Assembly: GCA_902175065.1 (NCBI GenBank)
Contig: CABIIJ010000060.1
Coordinates: 2,445 to 66,444 of the forward strand
Direction of reading: 5' to 3'
Length of the DNA: 64,000 bases
From: an uncultured Comamonas sp.
GTDB lineage: Bacteria; Pseudomonadota; Gammaproteobacteria; Burkholderiales; Burkholderiaceae_C
Every line of letters starts with the position of its first letter. The stretch's first letter is position 1. The notes under the pieces are model-generated. The model saw only the letters and a program-made list of their open reading frames with translations, had not been told where the DNA came from and searched no databases. Positions 49,328 to 57,339 of the stretch are shown piece by piece. Made by a program: the position numbers and the translations under genes.

Positions 49328-52300
49328 TTAGCCCACCATCATCAGACTGGCGTTGCCGCCCGCTGCCGTGGTGTTGGTGCTGATGCTCACTTCGCGCAGC
49401 AGGCGCTCGGGGCGGTAGCGCTCGCCGCTGCGGATTTCTTCGGTGGTCAGGCCCTGGGCCAGCAGCAGCGGCCCCGGTCGGGCGCTGAACTGCTGCAGCA
49501 AGGGCAGCAGGGCATCGGTATCGCTCTCGACCAGGGCGGCCTGCAGGGGCCACTGCGCCCATTGCTCCGCCGTGGCCCATTGCAGGGTGGCCTGCTGTTC
49601 CTGCTGCTTTTGCCATTCGGCAACCATGGCCCGCAGCGCCAGGCTGTCCTGCAACAGCAGGGTGTTGCCGCTGGCGTGGCAGGCCTGCCACTGGGCTTGC
49701 AGACCGTCCACGGTCAGCGGCAGGCAGGCGACCAGGCCGCGCGGCTGCAAGCCATATTGATTGGTTTCGCCCGTGGGGCCGTCCAGCAGCACCTGCTGCC
49801 CGGCGGCGATGGGCAGTTGCTGCGTGCCCCGGGCCGTGACGATGGGCAACGATGCCAGCACCGGCGCCTGCGCCAGCAGGCGCAGCAGGTACAGCGGCCC
49901 GCCCGCCTTCGGGCCGGTGCCCGAGAGGCCCTCCCCGCCAAACGGCTGCACGCCCACCACCGCGCCGACGACGTTGCGATTCACGTAGATATTGCCGGCA
50001 TGGACGCGCTGCGAGACATGGGCCACGGTCTCGTCCAGGCGCGTGTGTACGCCGAAGGTCAGGCCAAAGCCCAGGGCATTGATCTGCGCCAGCAGGGCGT
50101 CCACATCCTTGCGGGCATAGCGCAGCACGTGCAGCACGGGGCCGAAGACTTCGCGCTGCAGGTCGGCCACCTTGCCCACCTCGATCAGCGTGGGCGCGAC
50201 GAAGTGGCCGTGGCGGCATTCCGCCGGCAGCGTCAGGCGCGTGACGGCGTGGCCCTGGCCGCGCATGTGCGCGATGTAGCTTTCGATGTCGGCGCGGGCC
50301 TGGGCGTCGATCACCGGGCCGACGTCGGTCGCCAGTTGGTCGGGGTTGCCCACGCGCAGCTCCTGCATGGCGCCGCGCAGCATGTCCAGCACGCGGTCGG
50401 CGCTGTCTTCCTGCAGGCACAGCAGGCGCAGGGCCGAGCAACGCTGGCCGGCCGAGTCGTAGGCCGAGGCCAGCACGTCGCCCACCACCTGCTCCGGCAG
50501 GGCGGACGAATCCACCACCATGGCATTGATGCCGCCGGTTTCCGCAATCAGCGGCACGGGCTTGCCGTCACGGCCCAGGCGCCGGGCCAGACGGCGGTGA
50601 ATGTGCTGCGCCACGGGGTGCGAGCCGGTGAACACCACCCCGTCGGTGCCCGGGTGGCCGACCAGGGCCTCGCCCACGGTTTCGCCCGCGCCCGGCAGCA
50701 GTTGCAGGGCGTGGGCCGGAATGCCGGCCTGGTGCAGCAGGGCCACGGCCTGCGCGGCGACCAGATTGGTCTGCTCCGCAGGCTTGGCGATGACCACGTT
50801 GCCGGCAGCCAGCGCGGCGGCAATCTGGCCGGTGAAGATGGCCAGCGGAAAATTCCACGGGCTGATGCACACCACCACGCCCAGGGGGCGATGGCTGCCG
50901 TTGTTCAACTGCTGCTGCGCCTGCTGGGCGTAGTAGCGCAGGAAGTCGATGGCCTCGCGCACCTCGGCAATGGCATTGGGCAGGGTCTTGCCCGCCTCGC
51001 GGCACAGCAGGCCCAGCAGCGGCTGCAACTGCGCCTGCATCAGATCGGCAGCGCGGTGCAGCGCCTCGGCCCGGGCCTTCACCGGCGTGGCCGGCCAGAT
51101 CAGGGCGGCGTGCTGCGCCTGCGCCATGACCGGGGCCACGGCCTCGGCATCGGCCAGGCGCACTTCGCCCAGCACGTCCTGGACGTTGGCCGGGTTGCAG
51201 ACCGCTTGCGCCGTCAGGTGCGCACCGTGAACAGGCTGGGCCGTCAGCGGCGCCACGCTGCCCAGCAGCGCGGCAGAAAGCGAGGCCAGCCGCTGTTCGT
51301 TGCTCAAGTCCAGCCCGGCTGAATTGCTGCGCCCCTGCGCGGCATACAGCGCGGCGGGGGCCGCAATCTGGTCGTGCGGACGGCCCGGCGGAACCAGCGC
51401 CTGGGCAGCGGCCACCGGGTCGGCGACCAGCTCGGCAATGGCGATGCGCTCATCGCCGATCTGGTGGACGAAGGAGCTGTTCGCGCCGTTTTCCAGCAGG
51501 CGGCGCACCAGATAGGCCAGCAGGGTTTCGTGCGTGCCCACCGGGGCATAGATGCGGCAGGGGCGGGCCAGCCTGCCCTGGGCGGTGTCGCCCACCACTT
51601 CCTCGTACAGGCCTTCGCCCATGCCGTGCAGGCACTGGAACTCGTACTGGCCCCGGTAGTAGTTGTTGCCCGCCATGTGGTAGATGCTGGCCAGCGTGTG
51701 GGCGTTGTGCGTGGCGAACTGGGGAAAGACCGCCTCGGGCGCGTCCAGCAGCTTGCGGGCGCAGGCCAGGTAGGACACGTCGGTATGCACCTTGCGGGTG
51801 TAGACCGGGTAGTCCTCCAGCCCGTCCACCTGGGCGCGTTTGATCTCGCTGTCCCAGTACGCGCCCTTGACCAGCCGCACCATCAGGCGGTGCTTGCTGC
51901 GGCGGGCCAGGTCGATCAGCCAGTCCAGCACGAAGAAGGCGCGGCGCTGGTAGGCCTGCACCACGAAGCCGATGCCGTTCCAGCCCGCCAGCGTGGGCGC
52001 AAAGCACAGCTGCTCCAGCAGGTCGAGCGAGATTTCCAGGCGGTCGGCCTCCTCGGCGTCGATGTTCAGGCCGATGTCGTACTGCCGGGCCAGCTCGGCC
52101 AGTTGCAGCAGGCGCGGGTACAGCTCCTGCATCACGCGCTCGCGCTGGGCGCGGCTGTAGCGCGGGTGCAGGGCCGACAGCTTGATGGAAATGCCCGGCC
52201 CTTCGTAAATGCCGCGCCCCTGCGCCGCGTGGCCGATGGCGTGGATGGCCTGCTCGTAGGCCTGCAGATAGCGCTGCGCGTCGGCCTCGGTCGCGGCCGC

Positions 52301-53161
52301 CTCGCCCAGCATGTCGTAGGAGTAGCGAAAGCCTTTTTCCTCCAGCTTGCGGCTGTTGGCCAGCGCGGCGGCAATCGTCTGGCCGGTGACGAACTGCTCG
52401 CCCATCATGCGCATGGCGGTGTTCACGCCCTGGCGGATCAGCGGCTCGCCGCCCCGGGCGATCAGGCGCGTCAGGGCGCCGCCCAGCTTCTGCTCGCTGT
52501 GCACGCCCACCAGCTTGCCGGTAATCATCAGCCCCCAGGTGGCGGCATTGACGAACAGGCTGGGCGAATCGGTGTGCGAGCGCCAGTCGCCCTTGCTGAC
52601 CTTGTCGCGGATCAGCGCATCGCGCGTGGCGCGGTCGGGGATGCGCAGCAGCGCCTCGGCCAGGCACATCAGCGCCACCCCCTCCTGGCTGGACAGCGAA
52701 TACTCCTGCACCAGCGCCTCCACGCCCGAAGTCTTCTTCTGGCGCTTGCCACGCAGCGCCTGCACCAGCCGCGTGGCCAGGGCCTGCACCTCCTGGGGCT
52801 GGGCGCTGGCGGCAAAGGCCATCAGCAGCGGCAGGCATTCGGTTTCCGGGCGGCGGTAGGCCGCCGTGATGGCGGCCCGCAGCACGCTTTGCGGCTGCAC
52901 ATCCTGGGCCAGGGCATAAAACGGGGTGTAGGCGGGCTGGTTATCCGCCAGGGCTTCGGGTTCTACCGCATCCCCTGCGGGGTTTACCGCACCGAGGTGC
53001 TGCAGTTCGGGCAACGGTTTACCTTGCTCGATGGCCTCCAGATAACTGTGCAGCGCCTGCTTGTGCAGCCAATGGGGCGTGCAGCCCAGTTGCTGGGCTG
53101 CCGCCTTGAGCCGATCCCGCATCAGCTCGTCCACCTTGATGCCGATGGTTGTTGTCGCCAT
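49328..53161 (-). CDS. putA: Trifunctional PutA (RHH regulator/proline dehydrogenase/P5C dehydrogenase)
   Basis: RHH N-terminus (TIGIKVD..TPHWL), RLVKGAYWDSEIK, ISPWNFPLAIF, AETGG, AGQRCSA. Confidence 0.97.
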   Translation of the reverse strand: MATTTIGIKVDELMRDRLKAAAQQLGCTPHWLHKQALHSYLEAIEQGKPLPELQHLGAVNPAGDAVEPEALADNQPAYTPFYALAQDVQPQSVLRAAITAAYRRPETECLPLLMAFAASAQPQEVQALATRLVQALRGKRQKKTSGVEALVQEYSLSSQEGVALMCLAEALLRIPDRATRDALIRDKVSKGDWRSHTDSPSLFVNAATWGLMITGKLVGVHSEQKLGGALTRLIARGGEPLIRQGVNTAMRMMGEQFVTGQTIAAALANSRKLEEKGFRYSYDMLGEAAATEADAQRYLQAYEQAIHAIGHAAQGRGIYEGPGISIKLSALHPRYSRAQRERVMQELYPRLLQLAELARQYDIGLNIDAEEADRLEISLDLLEQLCFAPTLAGWNGIGFVVQAYQRRAFFVLDWLIDLARRSKHRLMVRLVKGAYWDSEIKRAQVDGLEDYPVYTRKVHTDVSYLACARKLLDAPEAVFPQFATHNAHTLASIYHMAGNNYYRGQYEFQCLHGMGEGLYEEVVGDTAQGRLARPCRIYAPVGTHETLLAYLVRRLLENGANSSFVHQIGDERIAIAELVADPVAAAQALVPPGRPHDQIAAPAALYAAQGRSNSAGLDLSNEQRLASLSAALLGSVAPLTAQPVHGAHLTAQAVCNPANVQDVLGEVRLADAEAVAPVMAQAQHAALIWPATPVKARAEALHRAADLMQAQLQPLLGLLCREAGKTLPNAIAEVREAIDFLRYYAQQAQQQLNNGSHRPLGVVVCISPWNFPLAIFTGQIAAALAAGNVVIAKPAEQTNLVAAQAVALLHQAGIPAHALQLLPGAGETVGEALVGHPGTDGVVFTGSHPVAQHIHRRLARRLGRDGKPVPLIAETGGINAMVVDSSALPEQVVGDVLASAYDSAGQRCSALRLLCLQEDSADRVLDMLRGAMQELRVGNPDQLATDVGPVIDAQARADIESYIAHMRGQGHAVTRLTLPAECRHGHFVAPTLIEVGKVADLQREVFGPVLHVLRYARKDVDALLAQINALGFGLTFGVHTRLDETVAHVSQRVHAGNIYVNRNVVGAVVGVQPFGGEGLSGTGPKAGGPLYLLRLLAQAPVLASLPIVTARGTQQLPIAAGQQVLLDGPTGETNQYGLQPRGLVACLPLTVDGLQAQWQACHASGNTLLLQDSLALRAMVAEWQKQQEQQATLQWATAEQWAQWPLQAALVESDTDALLPLLQQFSARPGPLLLAQGLTTEEIRSGERYRPERLLREVSISTNTTAAGGNASLMMVG

Positions 53162-53312
53162 ATCCGCCTAGCTTCCTGAAGAGAACCTGCACACCGTTTG
53201 AAAAAGTGGCGCGATTCTAGGGAGGTGTAACCAAACCAGGTATTGGGGTTTTCCTATCCATTGCGCGGTTAACCTGGAGCACGCCAACCCCGCCACGCTC
53301 CATGGGAAAAAT

Positions 53313-53405
53313 AAAAAAAGGAGCTTTCACCATTTGCCATATCTATATTTCAATGAAAAATTGATCTGAAATACAGATTTGACAAGCGGAAAAAGCAATC
53401 GTTTC
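53313..53405. repeat. Family A dyad element, copy 7 (degenerate)
   Basis: AGCT 53322, TCAA 53350, CTGA 53366, AGCG 53385, AGCA 53394. Confidence 0.75.
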
Positions 53406-53433
53406 AATAGCACATGACACCATCCCTGCGTGC

Positions 53434-53553
53434 GAGAATCTGCCCACCCTGGCCGCGGGCCGCAAGGCCGCCAAGGGTGCCCGCCTGGGTATTCTGGGGG
53501 CCACGTCGATTGGCGATGCCCCCGTGCGTGTGAACGCCTACACGGCAGGTATC
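53434..53553 (+). pseudogene. Fragment of a TonB-dependent siderophore receptor plug N-terminus
   Basis: ENLPTLAAGRKAAKGARLGILGATSIGDAPVRVNAYT resembles LP..YAGGQVARGARLGxLG....DxPFxVxxYT; no in-frame start; ends at a REP. Confidence 0.5.
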
Positions 53554-53581
53554 ACTGTCCTGCCCATCGCCAACGCTGCTG

Positions 53582-53609
53582 CTGGACACCCGCCTGCGCG
53601 GGTGTGACG
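53582..53609. repeat. Family D REP arm
   Basis: Exact 28-bp reverse complement of 33189-33216; adjacent TGCCCATCGCCA is also shared with the 33217-33240 spacer. Confidence 0.85.
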
Positions 53610-53628
53610 GCAAGAAAGAATCCTTGCC

Positions 53629-54618
53629 ATGCCCCTTCATCCCCCCACCCGCCGCACCTGGCTGACCGGCACCCTGGCAGCCGCAGCCACCTCTGCCCTG
53701 GCCCTGCCCGGCTGCGCCACATCCCGGGCCGCTGCGCCGCACCCCACCGCCCGGCCCTGGGCCATGCCCGGCACGTTCTACCTGGATCTGCCCGCCGCAC
53801 CGCTGCCCGGCAGCACGGCGGCGCGGCAGCACCGCATCATGGTCTACCGGCCCGCAGGGGATGTGCCCGCAGGCGGCTTTCCGGTCATCTACGTGCTGGA
53901 CGGCAACCTGATGTTCCCCCTGGTCGCCCAGCTCCTGCACAACCGAGGGGCACGCGGGCCTGCGCTGCGCGGCGACAGCGCCATCGTGATCGGCCTGGGA
54001 CATGCCCTGCCGCCCGGCAGCCAGGAAGTGCATGACCGTGCCGCCCGCACCTATGACTACACCCCGCCCTACCCCGGCATCGGCCCCACCAGCCAGGGGC
54101 AGGCCCAGGGCGGCGCCGATCGGTTTCTGGACTTCATCGCCACCCAGGTGCAGCCGCTGGTGGCCCGCCAATGGCCTGTCGACATGGAGCGGCAAACGCT
54201 GGTCGGGCACTCCTTTGGCGGCCTGTGCGTCCTGCACACGCTGCTGACCCGGCCCGGCATGTTCCAGCGCCATGTGGTCGGCAGCCCGTCGCTGTGGTGG
54301 GAAGGGGGTCGGATACTGGATGCCTGCGCCGCCTTCGTCGCCCACCATGCTCCACCGGGCCAGCGCCTGCCGCAGCCGCTGGCCCTGCACCTGAGCCAGG
54401 GCAGCGAAGAGCAACGCCGCGCCACGATACCCGCCAACCCCGAACGCGAAGTCCGACAGAACAGCAGCGCCGCCGACCTGCCCGCCCTGCTGGCACCGGT
54501 GCCAAACCTGGCGTGCGACTACACCGTCTGGCCCGGCGCCGACCACGGCGGCGCGATACCGTTCGTCTGTATGCAGGCCGTGCGCGTGGCACTGGGCGGC
54601 GCGGGCACGGCACCATAG
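53629..54618 (+). CDS. IroE/BesA-like alpha/beta hydrolase with Tat signal and lipobox
   Basis: TRRTWL..LPGC; PVIYVLDGN, RTYDYTP, GHSFGG nucleophile elbow, SPSLWW. Confidence 0.88.
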   Translation: MPLHPPTRRTWLTGTLAAAATSALALPGCATSRAAAPHPTARPWAMPGTFYLDLPAAPLPGSTAARQHRIMVYRPAGDVPAGGFPVIYVLDGNLMFPLVAQLLHNRGARGPALRGDSAIVIGLGHALPPGSQEVHDRAARTYDYTPPYPGIGPTSQGQAQGGADRFLDFIATQVQPLVARQWPVDMERQTLVGHSFGGLCVLHTLLTRPGMFQRHVVGSPSLWWEGGRILDACAAFVAHHAPPGQRLPQPLALHLSQGSEEQRRATIPANPEREVRQNSSAADLPALLAPVPNLACDYTVWPGADHGGAIPFVCMQAVRVALGGAGTAP

Positions 54619-54639
54619 GCCTGCCGGAAAATACTATTG

Positions 54640-54730
54640 AAAAAAGAGCTCCTACCGCTTGTTATTCATGGATATCAGATTGATTAAATCCTGAAGTCCT
54701 TGAAACAAAAGCGGTAGCAGCTCTTCTTTA
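54640..54730. repeat. Family A dyad element, copy 8
   Basis: AGCT 54647, CGCT 54656, TCAG 54675, CTGA 54691, AGCG 54710, AGCT 54719. Confidence 0.88.
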
Positions 54731-54814
54731 TAGATCAGCACTGCGTACATGCCAGCCGTACAGCAGGGCCAGGGCGGCAAGTTCCAGGGCCAGAAATGTA
54801 GCGACGGTTTCCAT
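54728..54814 (-). CDS. Putative 28-aa single-TM small protein
   Basis: AAGGAG-N6-ATG; METVATFLALELAALALLYGWHVRSADL*. Confidence 0.5.
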   Translation of the reverse strand: METVATFLALELAALALLYGWHVRSADL

Positions 54815-54904
54815 GGTGCAACTCCTTCATAGTCGGTGCCTGCATGGTGCAGGGCCGGTGTGAAGGCGTTGTGCATGGCGGGTAAACCTCTGTGTCGGGC
54901 AGGT

Positions 54905-54932
54905 AATGCCCGTAAAAAACCCGCGCAGGCCG
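54905..54932 (+). repeat. 28-bp direct repeat, left boundary of the AIPR island
   Basis: AATGCCCGTAAAAAACCCGCGCAGGCCG, 26/28 match to 57268-57295. Confidence 0.85.
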
Positions 54933-55098
54933 CAGGCCATGCTTGAAACACCGCATGGCCGACAAGGCGCTACCGTGGCAACGTCAGATGCAACTTAATC
55001 GCATTCTCAAAGACACAGGAACAGCCTGTGCATGTCGGCGAAGCAGTCGTCCAACGTCGAAAGTGAGCCGCTCACATCGAGGAGGTAATAGACCCAGC

Positions 55099-56784
55099 CT
55101 ATGTAGCTTTGATAGACTTCGCCGTCGCGGTAAGGTCTGGAAGAGACTTCGCCGTCAGCTTGACGATTCGGCTGTTGATCTTGCTATCGATCTTTGCAAG
55201 GAACTTGGACGATCTCAGCGTGCTTTTGAATGACCCATACTGCTCGCGGTCATAGCTGTCAACGGCTGCATCGTAGAACATCTCTACCGCCTTCTTCACA
55301 TACTTTTTAAGCGCATTCTCAAATTCGGTTGAACGCATTCTTTGAACCGTAATCTGAGGTGATGAAAGATCAGAGAGCTTTGCGAAAATCTTGAATGTGC
55401 AATACGTTATCCAGTAGGTGCCTGTGACTCCGAGCAGTGGCGCATTCTCGTCACCTCCCAAACCTTCAAGATGCTTCTGTCTTTCCTCATCAGCAAATTG
55501 ACCTACAAGCCACGCGAGATACACTGAGGCCGCGCTGATACCCTTCTTAAAGAGTTTTTGATAGGGTTCGTCGAACAATTCACTCTTGTTATCAATCGCT
55601 TGAATCAAGTAAGCGGGTTCGGTCGATGCGAGGTATTGGGCTACCTTATCCAGTTCGATTGTGAGTGCATCTCGCTTGCGACGGGATCCTGCCTGCTTAG
55701 GTGCATACGTGACCCCGACCTTGTGAAACTCCTTTCGCAACTGCTCCTGAATTTCATCTGCGGCTCGTACAGTCCAGATCTTCACAGCATTCTGCGAGTT
55801 GTTATACCGGACAATCTCATTCTTCAATCCGACCTTTGCCGCGATAACTCTCGTAAGCACTTTCGCCGTATCCTTTGCATTCGCCCGGACGAGACTTGAG
55901 GTGGTTTGACAGCCGTTCACGATGCTGAATCGCTTGAGCTGAAGGCCAGAGCTTTTGGGTTCTCCCAATGGGGCTGCGCTGTCCGCAACAATGGTGATGC
56001 CATTGTTCAAAGCCCAAAAGTTCCCTGGCGACGTCTGGGCAGTCTTCATGATTTGCTCGTTAATCCCCCCCTTGCGAGCGCCTAGGAAAAGACGGATGTT
56101 GCCTGCGAAAAGTTTGTCTTGGTGGGCAGTATGCAGGCGTTTTAACTCACCCGCACTTACGGATCCTACCCAAGCCCGCCCGTACTCTCCCGAGTCTTCA
56201 AAGTAATTCCCGGAGAACTGCAAATGATCCTCTGGTATCCCTGCCTCAGCATCCATAAGGCCTTGGTACTTATTCAAAATAACGTCTTGGGCGTAGTGGA
56301 AAAAGTTAATACCTATGAACGAAGGATCCTTCGAATGAGCAGCGACAGACCGATCAATTTGGTCAGACTTCTTACCTAGAGTAATCAAACCAACGGTGTA
56401 CGTGTAGGTTGGATTCGCCTTCTGAAGCGACTGGAGTTGCTCCGACAAGTCAGGGCGACCAGCATCAGCAAGAAGCTTGGGTTTCCTGATATAGGGAATC
56501 GCAGCCACAACTGCATCCCACTTCGCTTTTGGTGTGGTCTTGCTGAAATTTTCAGGGCAATGCGCTTGGAGAATCACGATTTCTTCGCTGCTCGCGTCAG
56601 CGAAAGCGATATCGATTCCTTGATCGTTGCCGCCATCCGCTGCAGCCGACTCGAGTGCATCATCTTCCTCTATGTCAAAGAAGGTGATTGCAAACCATGC
56701 TGCAAATGCGCGACTCCTAGTGAGTGATCCGCGGTGTGCCAACTCGTCTATCGAGTCAAGAATATCCTTTAGTTCTGCTTGCAT
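55099..56784 (-). CDS. AIPR family protein (abortive infection phage resistance-associated)
   Basis: LFAGNIRLFLG..INEQI, FWALNNGITIVA, IVNGCQTTSSL, YNNSQNAV; codon usage unlike the host. Confidence 0.9.
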   Translation of the reverse strand: MQAELKDILDSIDELAHRGSLTRSRAFAAWFAITFFDIEEDDALESAAADGGNDQGIDIAFADASSEEIVILQAHCPENFSKTTPKAKWDAVVAAIPYIRKPKLLADAGRPDLSEQLQSLQKANPTYTYTVGLITLGKKSDQIDRSVAAHSKDPSFIGINFFHYAQDVILNKYQGLMDAEAGIPEDHLQFSGNYFEDSGEYGRAWVGSVSAGELKRLHTAHQDKLFAGNIRLFLGARKGGINEQIMKTAQTSPGNFWALNNGITIVADSAAPLGEPKSSGLQLKRFSIVNGCQTTSSLVRANAKDTAKVLTRVIAAKVGLKNEIVRYNNSQNAVKIWTVRAADEIQEQLRKEFHKVGVTYAPKQAGSRRKRDALTIELDKVAQYLASTEPAYLIQAIDNKSELFDEPYQKLFKKGISAASVYLAWLVGQFADEERQKHLEGLGGDENAPLLGVTGTYWITYCTFKIFAKLSDLSSPQITVQRMRSTEFENALKKYVKKAVEMFYDAAVDSYDREQYGSFKSTLRSSKFLAKIDSKINSRIVKLTAKSLPDLTATAKSIKAT

Positions 56785-57267
56785 AGTCTCTCCTTAAACT
56801 GGCTGTTCTACACAATAACACATTGAATCTTGGGCTTCTCAGGCGGGCGCTGTCTGTCAGGTTGTTGCAACTACCTCTCTCCAGTTTGCGTCATAGCACT
56901 ACTTTTGATCTGTAGCGCACGCTGATTTATCAGGACTTTCAATCTTGCTTCACGACGTCAACAATGTCCGGTTCAGGATTTGCTGCCAAATGTCCGTTTC
57001 GTGTCGGCAGCAGTAGTCGCGTTGCCATACACCTTGACCACTTCGAAGCATTCTGTGTGGTTTCATCACACCAAACAAAGGCTGTATCGAATGCAAATCA
57101 CTGGCAAGTTTAGCATGCAAATCTGCGGTGGATTTCATGCAAATACTCAGTCAAACTTGATTTATTTCGACCTAGCTAGAAATTCAGGGAGCAGCGTGCG
57201 CAAGCTGAATCTAAGCACTGAGGCCCAGCATACCGTCGATATTGCAAAGCCTCTACTTCCAATAGGC

Positions 57268-57295
57268 AATACCCGTAAAAAAACCGCGCAGGCCG
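57268..57295 (+). repeat. 28-bp direct repeat, right boundary of the AIPR island
   Basis: AATACCCGTAAAAAAACCGCGCAGGCCG. Confidence 0.85.
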
Positions 57296-57314
57296 GGAAG
57301 GCATGCGCGGGAAA
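57277..57314 (-). terminator. Intrinsic terminator of the TonB receptor gene
   Basis: CCGCGCA...TGCGCGG stem with A7 on the plus strand (U7 on the minus strand). Confidence 0.75.
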
Positions 57315-57339
57315 AGGAAAGGTAAGGTAAGGTAAACGC

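Noticed and set aside
48093-50441. 782-aa ORF as a single gene
   Set aside because: The N-terminal part is an off-frame shadow of putA; the true SBP starts at ATG 49253 with a signal peptide
53224-53275. PutA operator sites
   Set aside because: Only imperfect matches (GGTGTAACC, GGTTAACC) to the GTTGCA core; insufficient to call
56950-57330. Short ORFs 56980-57330 and 56950-57138 in the AIPR island
   Set aside because: TTG or weak starts, no RBS or recognisable motif, and one runs through the boundary repeat and terminator
57316-57335. (GGTAA)3 microsatellite after the TonB receptor stop
   Set aside because: Too short and outside coding or promoter sequence, so unlikely to be a phase-variation tract
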